NCBI RefSeq assembly: GCF_009834535.1
Contig: NC_045696.1
Location: forward strand, 25,236,001 to 25,300,000
Direction of reading: 5' to 3'
From: Camelus ferus
Taxonomy: Eukaryota
DNA length: 64,000 nucleotides
The position numbers were made by a program, and so were the translations under genes. Position 1 is the first letter of the stretch; every line of letters starts with the position of its first letter. Positions 1 to 13,073 of this stretch are shown here, in pieces. The notes under the pieces were generated by a model, which made no database searches, was not told the origin of the DNA, and saw only the letters and a list, made by a program, of their open reading frames with translations.

Positions 1-1756
1 GCAGTTAGTGACTTTATTATTCAATTTAATTCAACAAACATTTGTGTACTTACATGGTCAAGCAATCTGATTTCAGGTCTAAGAAACAAGGACAAGGCAA
101 TCTTCCGTATAAGGGTTTGGTACTTAATAACAGATTAAAGCTTATTATAACATATAAACAAAGATGTAACATCACGTGTGGTATTCAAGCAGTGACAAGT
201 AGTAAAACAGATTAAATCAAAACCAGTATGCCCTTTGTGAACAATACTGAAATTTATTGACTCAGTAGAAGTACTTGACAATTTTAATTTGTTCTTAGCT
301 ATTCTCTATGCAGGATTCTCAAAAAATGTGGGTCTCCATTAATAAAATACATGCATAGATTTAAGCACTTGTTCAGTGTCAACTGCTAACATTGTAAATG
401 TTTTATCCAACCTCAGTCCTGGTGGTGCCGAGCATCAGTCAGCCAGGTTGTGGTCTCAGCTTTCGCGCAAAGTTATCAGCTGCAGGTACAGAGTATTCAG
501 AAGCATCCCTAAGAAAAACAGGGTTTTTTTAAGCTTTAAATTTTTTTAGATTTTTAAAGTAGAAAAATTCTCAAGAATCGTACTATCGGTATTAGATTTT
601 TAGACATTCCCAGTATATGTAGCTCACAAAGACTAGTAGACTTGAGTGTAAGAGGGTGAGAAGACCACGATTAAGGATGTTTTGACATCTTTAGCCTATT
701 TCAGATTCTAGAAATTTAATTTCCTGGACGCAAGCTCAATGCAGATCAGCTAGGCTGATGCTTTCTGCAACTGCTGCTGCAACAGCAGGAAATATATTTG
801 GACCTGCAGTCGTTTAAATGAGTTAGATCTTTGTTTGAAATTTTCAACCTGGAAAGGACTATATAGTTAAATGTAATTACTTGAATGAGGCCAAGCTTGA
901 TGCAAAGTTGGAAACAGTGCATGGATTACAAATATAAACTATGGTCACATGTCAGAAACACTTGTATCTAAATTGTTTCCTATTCAAAGTTCACGCACAG
1001 ATCACTTGAACAGTAATTCCATTTGAAATGTGGGCACTATTAACAATATATCAATGGTGTTTAATTATTCTTACATATTTCATGATCATAGATTTCCACT
1101 AGCCTTTTCCAATACTGCCTGTCAAGCCTCCCACTTTGCTCTTGTGAGTTCTCTTCTCCATCTCTTCTATAGCTATTTCAAACCTGTCACTCCCTCCCTT
1201 TCCCCCATCACCCTCAGTATATACCCCAGCCTTTTATTTCACAGAGAAAATAGATGATACTATGCTCAGCCACCATCTACCATATTGGCTAACCTACTTG
1301 TATCTCCACTAATTTATCTTCTTCACTACCTTTTGAAAGAAAAAACTACCCTTTATCTTTTACAAGCCTTCTTCAGAATCTTGTGTCATTGATTACTAAT
1401 TTCTCTCCAGATAATTTAACCTTCCTCTCTCCACTGGATTCATTCATTCATTCTTTTATTAATTTCATACATTTATTCAAAATTCATTTCTGGATTGAGC
1501 TCCAATGTAGCAGAAGAGGGTCCCTGCCCTTAGGCAGCTCACAACCCAGTGGGGATCCACTGAAATACAGTATCTACTGGATCCTTCCCATCAGCCTATA
1601 CACTTGCTTTATTCTCTTTTGCTTAAAAATAAAACAAATACAATCTACACATGAGCACTATGTTTCTCTTATTATGTCTTATCTCTTTTCTCCAATTCAA
1701 AGGTAAACTGTTACTAGTCTGTTAAATTTACATACTTCATTTTCTCATTTCCCCAC

Positions 1757-2330
1757 TGTGATGTTTAATTTTATGTGTCAAATTGACTGGGCTAAGGGAT
1801 GCCCTGATAGTTGCTAAAACATTATTTCTGGGTCTATCTGTGAAGATGTTTCTGGAAGTGTTTTGCATTTGAATCTATAGATGGAGTCAGTCAATCCCTC
1901 ACCAGTGTAGGTGAGCATCATCCAATCTACTAAAAGCTTGAATAGAACAAAAAGGTAGAGAACGGGCAAATTTGCTCTCTGCCTGGAAATTCATCTTTTC
2001 TTGCCCTTATGCATTGGTGCTCCTAGTTCTTGGGCCTTCAGACTCAGACCAGGGTTTATACCATTGGCTTACCTGGTTCTCAGGCCTTTAGGTGTGGACT
2101 GGAACTACACCAGTAATTTTGCCAAGTCTCCAGCTTGCAGACAACAGATCGTGGGACTTCTCAGCTTCCATAATTGCATAAGCCAATCCCTCATAATAAA
2201 TCCCATATATATATACACACACACATACACACACACACACACACAGATACACACACACATATATATACATACACACATACAACTTTATATATCCTATTGA
2301 TTCTGTTTCTCTGGAGAACTCTGATTGTTA
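1757..2330 (+). mobile_element. MLT2-type (ERVL) solo LTR
   Basis: Begins TGTGATGTTTAATTTTATGTGTCAAATTGACTGGGCTAAGGGATGCCC and ends CCTATTGATTCTGTTTCTCTGGAGAACTCTGA, both matching MLT2 termini; microsatellite at the usual internal position. Confidence 0.9.
2206..2280. repeat. compound (TA)n/(CA)n microsatellite inside the MLT2 LTR
   Basis: Directly visible. Confidence 0.95.
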
Positions 2331-2619
2331 TGCCCACTTATCCCGCAACTTATTTCAACCTGACTTTTATCATCAACACATTACCAGAAGTACTTTAGAT
2401 AGGAACAGAACCGTTTCTGCTTTGTAACATACACTCTTTTCAAACAACAGCAACAAAAACCGCCTCTCTATGTCTCTAGCCATTTTACTTCAAGATCTTT
2501 TATACTTCATCTACCTCTTCGTACCAACTCTTTAGTGTTCCTAATTGTTTGACCTCAAGTCTTACTATCTTTTAAGTTGCATGTTCTCTGTTTATGTTCT
2601 TACACCAATAACCTAAATT

Positions 2620-3610
2620 GGTACTGTGAACTGCTGACCCCCAAGCCTCTTCTCTCAGATCCAATCCTATAGGTCAAATTAAGCACCCAGTACCTATATG
2701 TGGATGACACACAGATACCTCAAAGGAGTATTCATTCCGTGTTCAGATGCACCATCCTTCCCAGGTGCTGGGTTATTTCGGGAGTCTTCTTATTTAGCCA
2801 TAAACATCACCTCAATCCATCCATTTTCTTAATCCAGAAATCTAGGAGTCACTTTTAAAACGCCTCTCATAGTCACTTTCTATATTGAATCGGGTACATC
2901 TTATCGTTTTCTTATCTTCACTTTTTGTATTACACCAATTTTGCAAACCGCCGTTACAACGCCAAGGGATTAGGGGATATTAAATGTTCTCCCAGGGTGC
3001 CAGTTTGACTTTCTTCATTTTGTTCTCCACAGGGAATATACCAGACTGATAAATCAAATGAAAGTATCTGATCATATTATGCTCATGGTTAATGCTCTTT
3101 GGAAGCTTCCCATTGCTTACAAGTCCCCATGTTATCTTGGCCCTTTCGATCCATGCCCAGCCTCAGGTCTCCTCACGTGTCTGTCTCCTTCATTGTACAC
3201 CAGCCACACTGACCCTCCCATCCATAACTTTTCTCTCTGCTGAGAGTTGTCTTGTCCATTCTACTGCTCTTTCTTTATCTATATGACCTCACTCAGCTTT
3301 AGTTCTCAGTTTAGTCTTCGGTTGAGGCAGTATTATTGAGAGCTGCTATATATGGCTCTTGTCTCTCTCGACCCTCTAAGCTAGGGTAAGCCCTCCTGCA
3401 GCCTCTCACCCTACATGTCTTCACACCATAGATACATTTGCAATGATTTAACTAAAAGTAGAAATTGTATTTTTCAATTGACCTTCTAGAGCATACATTC
3501 TCTAAGAGTGGGGATCCTTGCCTGTTGTCTTATGAGTACATTTGTTGATCACAACAGTAAGTGAAATGTTTGGCACATCATAGGCACTCAAAATAAATAT
3601 ATATCAACTG
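2620..3610 (+). mobile_element. decayed L2 LINE 3' region
   Basis: L2-like motifs CCAGAAATCTAGGAGTCAC and TCTGATCATATTATGCTC, with terminal TGGCACATCATAGGCACTCAAAATAAATAT. Confidence 0.6.
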
Positions 3611-4149
3611 AGCAGAAATTAAAATAAGGTCATTAGAGAAAAATGCACCAAAAACTATAATGAGAGCTGAATTTTTCCTAATACTAGAGGAACATTTATT
3701 TTCTTAAAATTTCTCCACTGAATTGTGATAGATGGGTTTTTTTTTTTAATATAAAAGTGACTTAAACATTCTAAAGACAGTTTTCCATTCCCCTAGCATT
3801 TGACTTATTGGCTCAATGATTATTTATTACCAAAATAATTAAGATCAATTAGTGGAATCACCTAGATATAAAAATGTCATAGTAATGTTCTATATTATCT
3901 TAGTGAACTTTCATTGTTAGAAACAATAGCAGGCTGCAACTTCTCAGGCTTTACACCTTGGGTCTATGTTATGTAAGTGTTTTAATTTCCTACGTGAAGA
4001 AGCCAGTATAGAGAATACCTTGACTCTACAGTGGCAGTGACTTTTGAACTCAACTGCCGTTACAGTTTTTCTATTTTTAATCATATTTTAAAAAATATTT
4101 ATTGTTGCTCTCATAATTGAAAGTGTTTCTGGAGGTGTACAGCTCTGAC

Positions 4150-4480
4150 ACAGGTGTCTCCAGGGGCGTTTTAGCAGCTCCTTAGTGCCAGAAACTTTGG
4201 TCTCAGGGCTCACATTTCATACGTTGCATGCAAGGCAGAGAGTAGGGTAAATGAGGCAGCATGAGAGCCCTTCCTGTCCTCTCTTCTTTTATTAGGAAGA
4301 TACCATTTCTCAGAAGCCCTTATTGTATCTTCTCTTATTTCTTATTGACAGTTCTTGTTCATACTGGCAAAGCCTAGATACAAGAGGCGAGGCAAGTGGG
4401 ACTGAATTTAAGGCTTTTGCAGTCTCTGCAGCAGGGGGCAGGCAAGGAGAATGGGCTGGCACATGCTATTAAGGAGACAC
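4150..4480 (-). mobile_element. old MaLR (MLT1J/K-like) LTR fragment
   Basis: Degenerate MLT1-like stretch TTTCTCAGAAGCCC...CCTAGATACAAGAGGCGAGGCAAGTGG. Confidence 0.4.
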
Positions 4481-4994
4481 CCACCGTTATCTTCTCCTAT
4501 ATAAATACAAATTTATGTCCCAAATATAAAAACTGAATACAGAACATTTAAAGTGCACATACTCTCACAACCCAGGGATAAGCATAAATTAATATGTAGG
4601 TGCTTTGATTACTGCTTTATCTTAACTAAATGTACCTTATAGATCAGTCTCATATTGTTTGACAGTATTTATTTTGCAAGCTGCATACTGTCCCATTTTA
4701 CATATACTCCATCCCTTTAACTATTATCTAATTTATTACTAGGTATGTTGCTGCTGTTATGGTTGCTTATTCAATTTTCTATTTTCTTTTCTAGTTTTAC
4801 CAAGAACGTATGGATAATAGGAAATATTGATTTTAAAAGGATGTATATACTATTGTATCTTAACATTCCATGACACTGTACATGAATGTGTATATTAATT
4901 ACATTAAATATTGATCTAAATATAAATCTGAAATGACCTTGTTTAAAAGTATATTCAAGGTAAGGGTTTTTTTTTTTCCTAATATGCTAATATT

Positions 4995-5436
4995 CTGTCA
5001 CCATGGGCCTAGAAAGCAGGGCTGTCACTACAGAGTGTTGAGAGGTCAGATTATCAAGCCACAGAGAATTATTTTCAGGCTTAGAAACCTAACAGAATTC
5101 GCCCTGCTGGCTTTTGAACTTACTCAGGTAAGTAACTCCTTTTTATCCTTCTAGTATTCCTTTCTGGAATGGTAATGTCTACCCAATGCATGTTCCACCA
5201 TTATATTTCAGAAGCAGACAACTTGTTTCCGGTTGCACAGGTCCACAGATGGAGAGAATTTTTTTTTCCAGGTTGGGTCATGCCCAGAGTCTCACCCATA
5301 CCTGACTGAGGTGATTTAGATGAGAGTTTGGACTTAGAGTTGATGCTGAAATGGGTTAAGACTTTGGTGAGTGCCAGGATGTCATGAAACCATTTTACAT
5401 ATGGGAAAGCCATAGACTTTGGGGGGCAGAGAGTGG
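4995..5436 (+). mobile_element. MLT1 internal sequence, 3' end
   Basis: CTGGAATGGTAATGTCTACCCAATGC and TTGGACTTAGAGTTGATGCTGAAATGGGTTAAGACTTTGG, followed by a polypurine tract GGGGGGCAGAGAGTGG abutting the LTR. Confidence 0.8.
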
Positions 5437-5868
5437 GTAGGTTGAATTGTGTCCCTAAAAAGTTATGATCAAGTCCTAACTCTCAATACCTGTGAATGTG
5501 ACTTTATTTGGAAAGAGGTTCTCGAAGATGTAATCAGGTTACAAAGAGATCATCCAGGATTAGTTAAGGTAAGCCCTAATCCAGTGATCTCTGTCTTCAT
5601 AAGAGAAAGGGGAGGGACACACAGAGAAGACAAGGGAGGCCAAGATTGGGGTGATGCAAACCAAGAGATGTTCAGGATTGCCAGTGACCATGAGAACTTA
5701 TAAAAGGCAAAGAAGCATTCTTTCCTAGAGCTTTCAGAGGGAGCATGGCCCTGCTAAGACTTGGATTTCAGACTTCCTAGTCTCTGCAACTGTGAGAGAA
5801 TAAATTTCTGTTGTCTAAGCCACCCAGTTTGTGGTAATTTGTTATGGCAGTCCTAGGAAACTAACACA
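5437..5868 (+). mobile_element. MLT1B/C-type MaLR LTR
   Basis: GGTTGAATTGTGTCCC...ACCTGTGAATGTGACTTTATTTGGAAA...GAGAATAAATTTCTGTTGT...CTAGGAAACTAACACA. Confidence 0.9.
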
Positions 5869-7091
5869 GATTTTGGTAGTCCATTCAAAGTTAGTACTGA
5901 ACAAATATATCACAAAAAAGTCAACTTAAAGAGACATATTAAAATTTAAAGCAACCCTCAGGAAATCTTTCTAAATTTGGAGTACTTGAACTTGTAACAT
6001 TTTACGTGTTTGTAACTTGTCACATTTGTTTAGAGAGAAAATTCAAAAAACCAACACTGCCTTTCTTAACATCAAATCATATATAAGCTATTTTGTGGGA
6101 CTCATTAGTATGACTGTTGGTGTTGGTATTTTTAGGGCTATTCATTGCACCGTAATAATTGTAAGTGTTATAAAGAGTGGCACGGTGGAATGTTGGAACA
6201 GTTTGGAGGGACAAGATCAGTATAAACTGAAGAGCCAGTAAAGGTTTTTCATAGACTTGAGAAGGAGGATTTAAAAAGTAAAAGAGGAGAAAAAAGAGAA
6301 AAGGGAAGGGATCACATTTTAGTTATAAGAAATTGTACAAATGATGAATGGATCGGACGTTTCATACTGTGTCAGTGGACATTAAGGAAATCAACCTAGT
6401 ACAGTTAATTGTCTGCCCTATTTGATTAATGTTAATCACCAATTGAGATAATTCAGATTTCTCAATTATGTTTTTTCTTCTAGCTAATTGGGGTTCACTA
6501 TTAATTAAGAATAGAACTAGATAAAATTATTTAATTTTATTTCTTTGCCCACATTTAATCTTTTTTCCTAGGTTTATATTTATTTATACTTAATGTAGAT
6601 ACAATGTTTCAGAATGTAAAAAAGCTGAAAGTATGCATTGTAATAAATAATCCTGTATACTCTTCTGTTTAAAAATATCTGCTTTAATGGATATAGATAA
6701 TTATGTCAAATTTTGTCCTCATCTTGAATTTTCTCATATAATCTCACCTTTTTCTGTAAACATGTATATCTAAGATGCAAAGTGAAATAAATTTTGTGAG
6801 TCTGTCCTGGCACAATGCTATGTATAAAGATCATATTCTAGCAAGGTAGATGACATCCTCAAAGAGCGGAATCTCAGAGGTTCTTGCAGAATTAATTGGC
6901 GAGGTTTGAATAGTGGTTCAGCACTTTTCTACTCTGTTCTGTGTAGAATCAGTGACTGGGGATGGGGATGGGACCCCCAGGCCTGTTGTAAGAAGAGGTT
7001 TGTGACAGGCAGAAGGCTGCCTCCCCTCTGTCTACTCCTCTGTCAGTTGCTAGAGCACTGGACCAAACACTGTTCCAGTGACCACCTCAAT

Positions 7092-7148
7092 CACTGGTTC
7101 TCAGCTCTGCCTGCACATGGGAATCAACCGGAGAGCTTTTCCAAAATA
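7092..7148. mobile_element. MER5-type hAT-Charlie fragment
   Basis: CACTGGTTCTCAGCTCTGCCTGCACATGGGAATCAACCGGAGAGCTTT resembles a MER5 terminus. Confidence 0.55.
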
Positions 7149-7984
7149 GCTTTTCTTTGTACAAGTAATTTGTCAGCAACTCTTCTGTTTCTGAATAACC
7201 TCTAAACACCTTGCAAATGACAATACTGTGACACAGTGTAGATTTTATATTTTTGAATATTGATATAGGAAGATGGAATCATATATTTCCTTCTTCAAGT
7301 TGTTAAAACCTTAGACGTTAAAATTTTTTAAAGGAGAAAAATACAAGATCAAAACTTTTCTGATTTATACATGATATTAACTATTTGAATAGATAATTAA
7401 ATCAGTGAAAAATCTCAAATGACTTGATAATGTAAGATTTGATAGGAAAAACATACCCATAGTGTATATAATGTGTTTTTCTTCTGTGTACATTTTATGA
7501 AAGTGAAATTAGCAAAGCCTAATTTCTTAGTTGTCACATATATTTGTTAATAGAATAACACTTCAGTCATTTGAAATTGAACATACTATTGTTCTTCCAA
7601 GGTTTATATAATTAATAATTAGAAAGCAGTAACATTTACAGCATTTTAAATCTCTAAGTAGATGAATGATAGTGAAATTTAATTAATCACCTTAATTACG
7701 GGAGCCATTAATTGTGCCTCTTTGAAGCAAATGAATTAAACCTCCCACACATAAACAGTATAAAACTAAAATATCCATACATTTTGGTTTTATAGTCAGT
7801 TTGATGCTGAACTTATAAAAAAAAGCAGCTATATTACCTAGAATTCAATCACTGGAACGTATCGATGAGCCAAACTATAATTGTCACCCTTTTTGTTTTT
7901 TATCTTCACATGCTTTATCTAGACATCACATTTAAAATCATTCAATAGAAATTGAATTTCTACAGAACAAATCTCAGACAAGCT

Positions 7985-8440
7985 ATGTCCGAGCATCCCT
8001 CCCTTTGTAGATGCATGCATTGTTCATTTTTAAAGCTTTGTATTTTCCTGATGCCTTAACATCTCCACAGTCTGTGAGCAGCTCACCCAGGTGTCCAGGA
8101 TACCAGTATGATGAAGGTCCCCTTCTTGCCCTCCTCTGATTGTGACCTAGTGACATTCAAATGCACCAGTGAAATCCCAACAAGCCTTTAGCTTATGTGC
8201 TCCAACCTGACTTTCCCCCAAATCCCCAAAAAGACATTTGCCCACCAGCTCTCACTCTTTCTCAGCTCCCCGCCTGTTTGGTTGAGCCCAGTCCTTGGGT
8301 GCTCCTCCCATATGACCTCTTGCACGGTGACCATGCTTCTCTCTTCTAGGACCTGTTAATATAGTAATCTCTCACTTTCAAACACCTGTCCATGGTGTTA
8401 TTCCATGTTGGCACGAGACTGATCATCAAAAACCTTAATT
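7985..8440 (+). mobile_element. old ERV LTR-like element, family uncertain
   Basis: GC-richer block with LTR-like texture (pyrimidine-rich R-like stretch) set in AT-rich flanks; termini not resolved. Confidence 0.35.
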
Positions 8441-8607
8441 TGTAAGTAATATAATTATTCCTTGCAGCACAGTATATCTAAATAATTTGGTATGAATCTT
8501 GGATGACATTGGAAATAGGAAGATAAACATCATTCTTTATGCTTCTTTACTTTCTAGGAGTGAATTAAAGAAGCATCTCAAATGTATTGGCCAATTAATA
8601 AATAAAT

Positions 8608-8659
<52 letters not shown>
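8608..8659. repeat. (GATA)13 microsatellite
   Basis: Directly visible perfect array. Confidence 0.97.
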
Positions 8660-8660
<1 letters not shown>

Positions 8661-9149
8661 AATGTATTGGCTAATTAATAAATGAATTAAAACCATTGAG
8701 CATCTTTTCCAGGCCAGCATAGTTTTAGTAGGATACAATAATAAATGTAAGAGATAAGATTACTGACTTATGCACAAGCCTGTACCACCCAGATACAAAA
8801 AGAAATAGGCCCAGGAAAAAAGACAGTGTGTCTGGAGGACATGAATGTGAAATAAAGCGGTGATATTAGAGACGTAAGCAGGGTCAAAATTCAGGTATTA
8901 CCAACACAGTGCTTGGGACAGCTACTGACGTTCTGAGACAGTGATTGCCTCCCAAACTTTGGGGCTGAGATGAGGTTAAAGGCATACCTAGAATGCATCC
9001 TGTCAGCCCCGTGTGGCCTGTAGAAACCTCGGCCAGCTGGAGACTTGGACTCTGGTTTCCTTTGATCTCAAGAAACCCCATTCTTTTACTCTAGGATGCC
9101 ATACAAATATGATCATTTTCTGTGTGTACAGTCACAAAAAGTTTTGAAA

Positions 9150-9660
9150 AGCATCAAAGAGAGCCTTTTTCACCATTTTAAGGAGTTTGCATATTGTTCT
9201 TCGTGAAGTGTAAAGCCAGAGAAATGTTGCAAGCACTGGAATAAAATAATCTGATCTATATTTTCAAAGAATCTCACTTTCTCCTTTCAGAGAGGAGATT
9301 AGAGAAGATTAAAAAAAAAACATGCAAAAACAAAAAAACAGAAAATAAAAGCAGGGAGACCAATTAGGAACCTTTTACAGTAGTCAATTCCAGGGTCTCT
9401 AAAAATGTTGTCCAAAGACCAGTAGCTTTGGCATCACTCGAGAACTTGTGTGAAATGCACATTTTCAGCCCAGCCTTCTCCCCTAGACTTAGGTTAATCT
9501 GTAGTTCAACAAAAACTCCAGGTAATTCTGATGCTCACTAAAATTTGAAAACCAGTGCTCTAACCTATGAATGATGGTTTGGGTGAAATGGTAGTTACAG
9601 AGATGAAGAAAGTTGAATAGATTTGGTGGCGTTTTTTCAGGTAAGGCCAACAATGAATAC
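9150..9660 (-). mobile_element. L2 fragment interrupted by MER5A
   Basis: GCAGGGAGACCAATTAGGAACCTTTTACAGTAGTC is a typical L2 antisense motif; L2-like sequence resumes after 9558. Confidence 0.55.
9391..9557. mobile_element. MER5A hAT-Charlie MITE
   Basis: CAGGGTCTCTAAA...GGCATCACTCGAGAACTTGTGTGAAATGCAC...CAGGTAATTCTGATGCTCACTAAAATTTGAAAACCAGTG. Confidence 0.85.
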
Positions 9661-10349
9661 CACAGTATCAGAATGTTAACCATAACAATGTTCTGATTCC
9701 AATAATTTCGTTTAACAGAAAAAAAATTAAAATTATCTGGCAGGACTTTATATAATATACATTCTATATGTGTATATGGTATGTATACTATATATAAATA
9801 TTTGCATATGTTCGTGTATATATGCATATAATATATGTCATATGTACCTATATAATGTATATTCATGGGCGTGTACACACACATAAGTACACACACGCTT
9901 TTTTTTTTAAGAGATGTCATCTTGATTAATCTATTTGAATATAGAACTAAGCCAAGCAATTGTCAGGAATGATTATATTGTGTTGAGATGGACAGGTGTG
10001 AAGGACAACGTCCAAGTTCTCTTGACATGGTTTTATCTTCTCTACTTGATGGTACCTAATCTGTGGTTTCATTTGAGTACTTAATGGGACCATGCTCATT
10101 GATTCAAAGGAACTTCTTAGGAAGAGTCGTGATCTCTATCTGATCAAGAATACAAATTAAGTTATTTAATTTTTGTAGCAAAACTTGAGCCTTGACAGTT
10201 AATACAGTATCTTATTAATAACTGGTTTATGTAAAGCACATGTCTGTTGTGACCTCAGCCTCAAATTAGGGACTACCTGTTTCTCAGAAGTGATAAATGT
10301 GTGGTCTAGAGAGTAACTGCTGCAGGTTCTTAAGAAAGCAGGATAGCAG

Positions 10350-10760
10350 TCTGGTTGCAGATTGTCAGAGAAGGCATCCTGAGGGTGAGAGGTATGAGTA
10401 GGACTTTGAAGGAAATCTGGACTGGAATGTGCTGAAGGAAGGCATGGTTCACAGTGAGACTAGTAGTTGTAAAAAGGAAGGGTGAAATAGGATCACGATG
10501 TGATCAGGCAGAGCACACAGCCCATTCTAGACAGAACCACTGTGATAGGGGAGTAACAAGGACCAGACTGGGCTGCTAGTCTGGAACTATGGTTTCAAGG
10601 ACATTGCTAAGTTAAAATGTCCTAGCAAAAATTTGAAACTATTTCAGTGGGGGTTTTCATGATAAAGTTATTATACTGAGTACATCACTTGAAGGTGACA
10701 TTACTGAAGTGCATTATGGAGACATCTAGAATAATCCAGGTGTGCTATGATTGGAAGTGA
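10350..10760 (-). mobile_element. decayed L2 fragment
   Basis: GTCAGAGAAGGCATCCTGAGGGTGAGAGG...GACTTTGAAGGA, L2 antisense-like. Confidence 0.5.
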
Positions 10761-11474
10761 AAAACAGAGGATGGATGCCAACTGGTTGCAAATGAATGGG
10801 AAGAGCATTGCATTGGGAAAAAGTAAACTCTGCGGGCAGGGGAGATGTTGTGCTCTTTTTTTTATACACTTCACCTAAGCCAGCTTTACTTACATAGGTA
10901 AGAAGTGTTAATAATTAGTCAACATATCAAATTTCAGCTTTAGAACTATCAGAAATTACTGTGACCATAAGCGCTAGTGTTTCTGGATTGCATTGACAGA
11001 GTCTACGTAACTCTAAAATGTCATGAGTTAAATGGCAAAAGTATTACCTCTTTATGACATAAGAAAAGCTATTTTAATATGCAGGTAATTTGCTTTGTAA
11101 TGAAAACTTAACCCTTATGGAGATAGTGGAGTGGGGGAAGATATTTCCACAGAAGGGCAAAATCTTTCCTCATTCAAGCAGCTTTGGATAATGGGATTTC
11201 TAAACGCAGAAATCTACCAATAGCACCTAATTTACATTTCATTTATGGTCACCTGTGGTTCTCTAGGATGATAGCATTTTCTATCCCCTATTCATAAGAG
11301 GCCTATCCTATTGTGTTTTCTAGAAATTTTATCTTGTTATCCACACACACAATGTAGACTTCTCAGAATCTTAAGGGCATGGGATAAATAAAAAGATAAA
11401 AAGGAAAAGCAAATTGACAAGGAACGATTAAGAATTGTGCAAACAAAAGATAAAATCAATAATAAACACATTTG

Positions 11475-11590
11475 CATTCATTGCAGAAATACTTACTGAG
11501 CACTTACTATGTACTAGACACTGTTCTAGTGCAGAAGATACAGCAGAGAAAAGAACTGAGAAGTCCTAGCTCTCCAGCAGCTCATATATT
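11475..11590 (-). mobile_element. L2 3' end
   Basis: CATTCATTGCAGAAATACTTACTGAGCACTTACTATGTACTAGACACTGTTCTAG. Confidence 0.8.
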
Positions 11591-12338
11591 TGTGTCTTAG
11601 AAGTTTTACAAAATAAGCTTCATTGACTCAAACTTGATTTGGAAAATTCTTTTGCTTTAAGTTCATGCTCAGTTACATTACTGAGTACAGTAGCCCATTT
11701 AACACTTTAGCCTTCAAATCCCAGAAGAAGATGAAAGATTCGTTTTTGCACCAAACTTTAAATTGTATTCATGAAACAATTGATGTGTGATAAAACCGCA
11801 TTTGCAGATTGTTGCTAATTGTGTCTCTTACATATATTTTGTTTTGTTCTCTGCGAATTAGAGCAGTTAAAAAATAATTATATACTTTAGAGAGAAAAAA
11901 GATTACTGCCTGGATGCTATAAAATTTAATGGTCTTTCCTTTTTTTTAAAATTTTTTATTATTGGCGTCAATGTATCAGGACAATTTTCAGGGTGGAATT
12001 GTGAATAATTAAACCTTCACATATGAAGCAAAGTGGGAAGAGATTAGAATCCTATTTTAGGGATACTAGAACTGTCAGATACTATAAAATATGTTAAATA
12101 GAGAACAGCAAAAGTCCTGATTACCACTCTGAAATATTATCACAGTAGTTGCTGAAATGTTACATATATTTTTTTCCTAAATGGCTCTGAAAAGTTTGAG
12201 ACATTCCTTTTTCCTCCTTTATTACATGGTCAGAAAGTGATCTTGCTTAATACATTTCCTTATTGACATAAATAGCAATCATAGGTGCTTTCCAAAACAG
12301 TTCTTCAATAGCTGTGTTTCAGCCAGTTGCATTACAGG

Positions 12339-12650
12339 TGTTATGGACCACATGTTTGTCTTCCCCCAAAATTCGTAAGTTGAAACCCTAACTCCCAGTG
12401 TGACGGTATTAGGAGGTAGGGCTAACGGGGGTGATTAGGTCAGGAAGGTGGAGCGTCCGTGATGGGATTAGTGTCTTTATAAAAGGAAGGGAGCTAGCTC
12501 TCTCTCTGCCATGTGATGACACAAAGAGAAGATAACTGTTTATAAATCAGGAAGAAAACCTTCATCAAATACTTGATCATGCCAGGACCTTGATCTTGAT
12601 TTCCCAGCCTCCACAACTCTTCTTTTGTTATAGCAGCCTGAGCTAAGACA
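12339..12650 (+). mobile_element. MLT1A-type MaLR LTR
   Basis: TGTTATGGAC...CCCCCAAAATTCGTAAGTTGAAACCCTAACTCCCAGTGTGACGGTATTAGGAGG...TGTTATAGCAGCCTGAGCTAAGACA. Confidence 0.9.
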
Positions 12651-12659
12651 AGGTTCAGG

Positions 12660-13073
12660 TGCTGGGTTTGCTGCCAAAAACTCACAACTGCCCTCTTCTT
12701 CAGGTACTTGCTCTTGGCCAAATGAAAGCCCCTGTGCTGCCCTGGTTGGCTTCCAGCTCCGGACCAGCCCCTGGAGCTGAGCAGCCTTAGCTACAACCTA
12801 CTAGTATCAGGTACAAGAGGCTGGCCTCCTTACCTCCCTGAGAGGCTAATTCTGTGATAGAGTTTAGCAGCCAGAGCTTCCTGGTGGACTCGGGCAGAAG
12901 CTAGTCTGCAGATGAAGGCCATATTTTTGCTTAGTTTCTATTGCTCTGCAACATCTCTTCTGTGTCCCTCATGCCGCAACTCCTGACAGCACTCCTCCAA
13001 ATTCACTGCTGGAACAAGAATTCCTGTGTCAGGCTCTGCTCCTGTGCAACCCAACCCAACCCAACCTAAGACA
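12660..13073 (+). mobile_element. LTR16-type (ERVL) LTR
   Basis: 3' terminus AATTCCTGTGTCAGGCTCTGCTCC...AACCCAACCTAAGACA is typical of LTR16. Confidence 0.75.

Noticed and set aside
9489..9959. 156-aa minus-strand ORF
   Set aside because: Runs through a TA-rich low-complexity tract, L2 and MER5A; artefact
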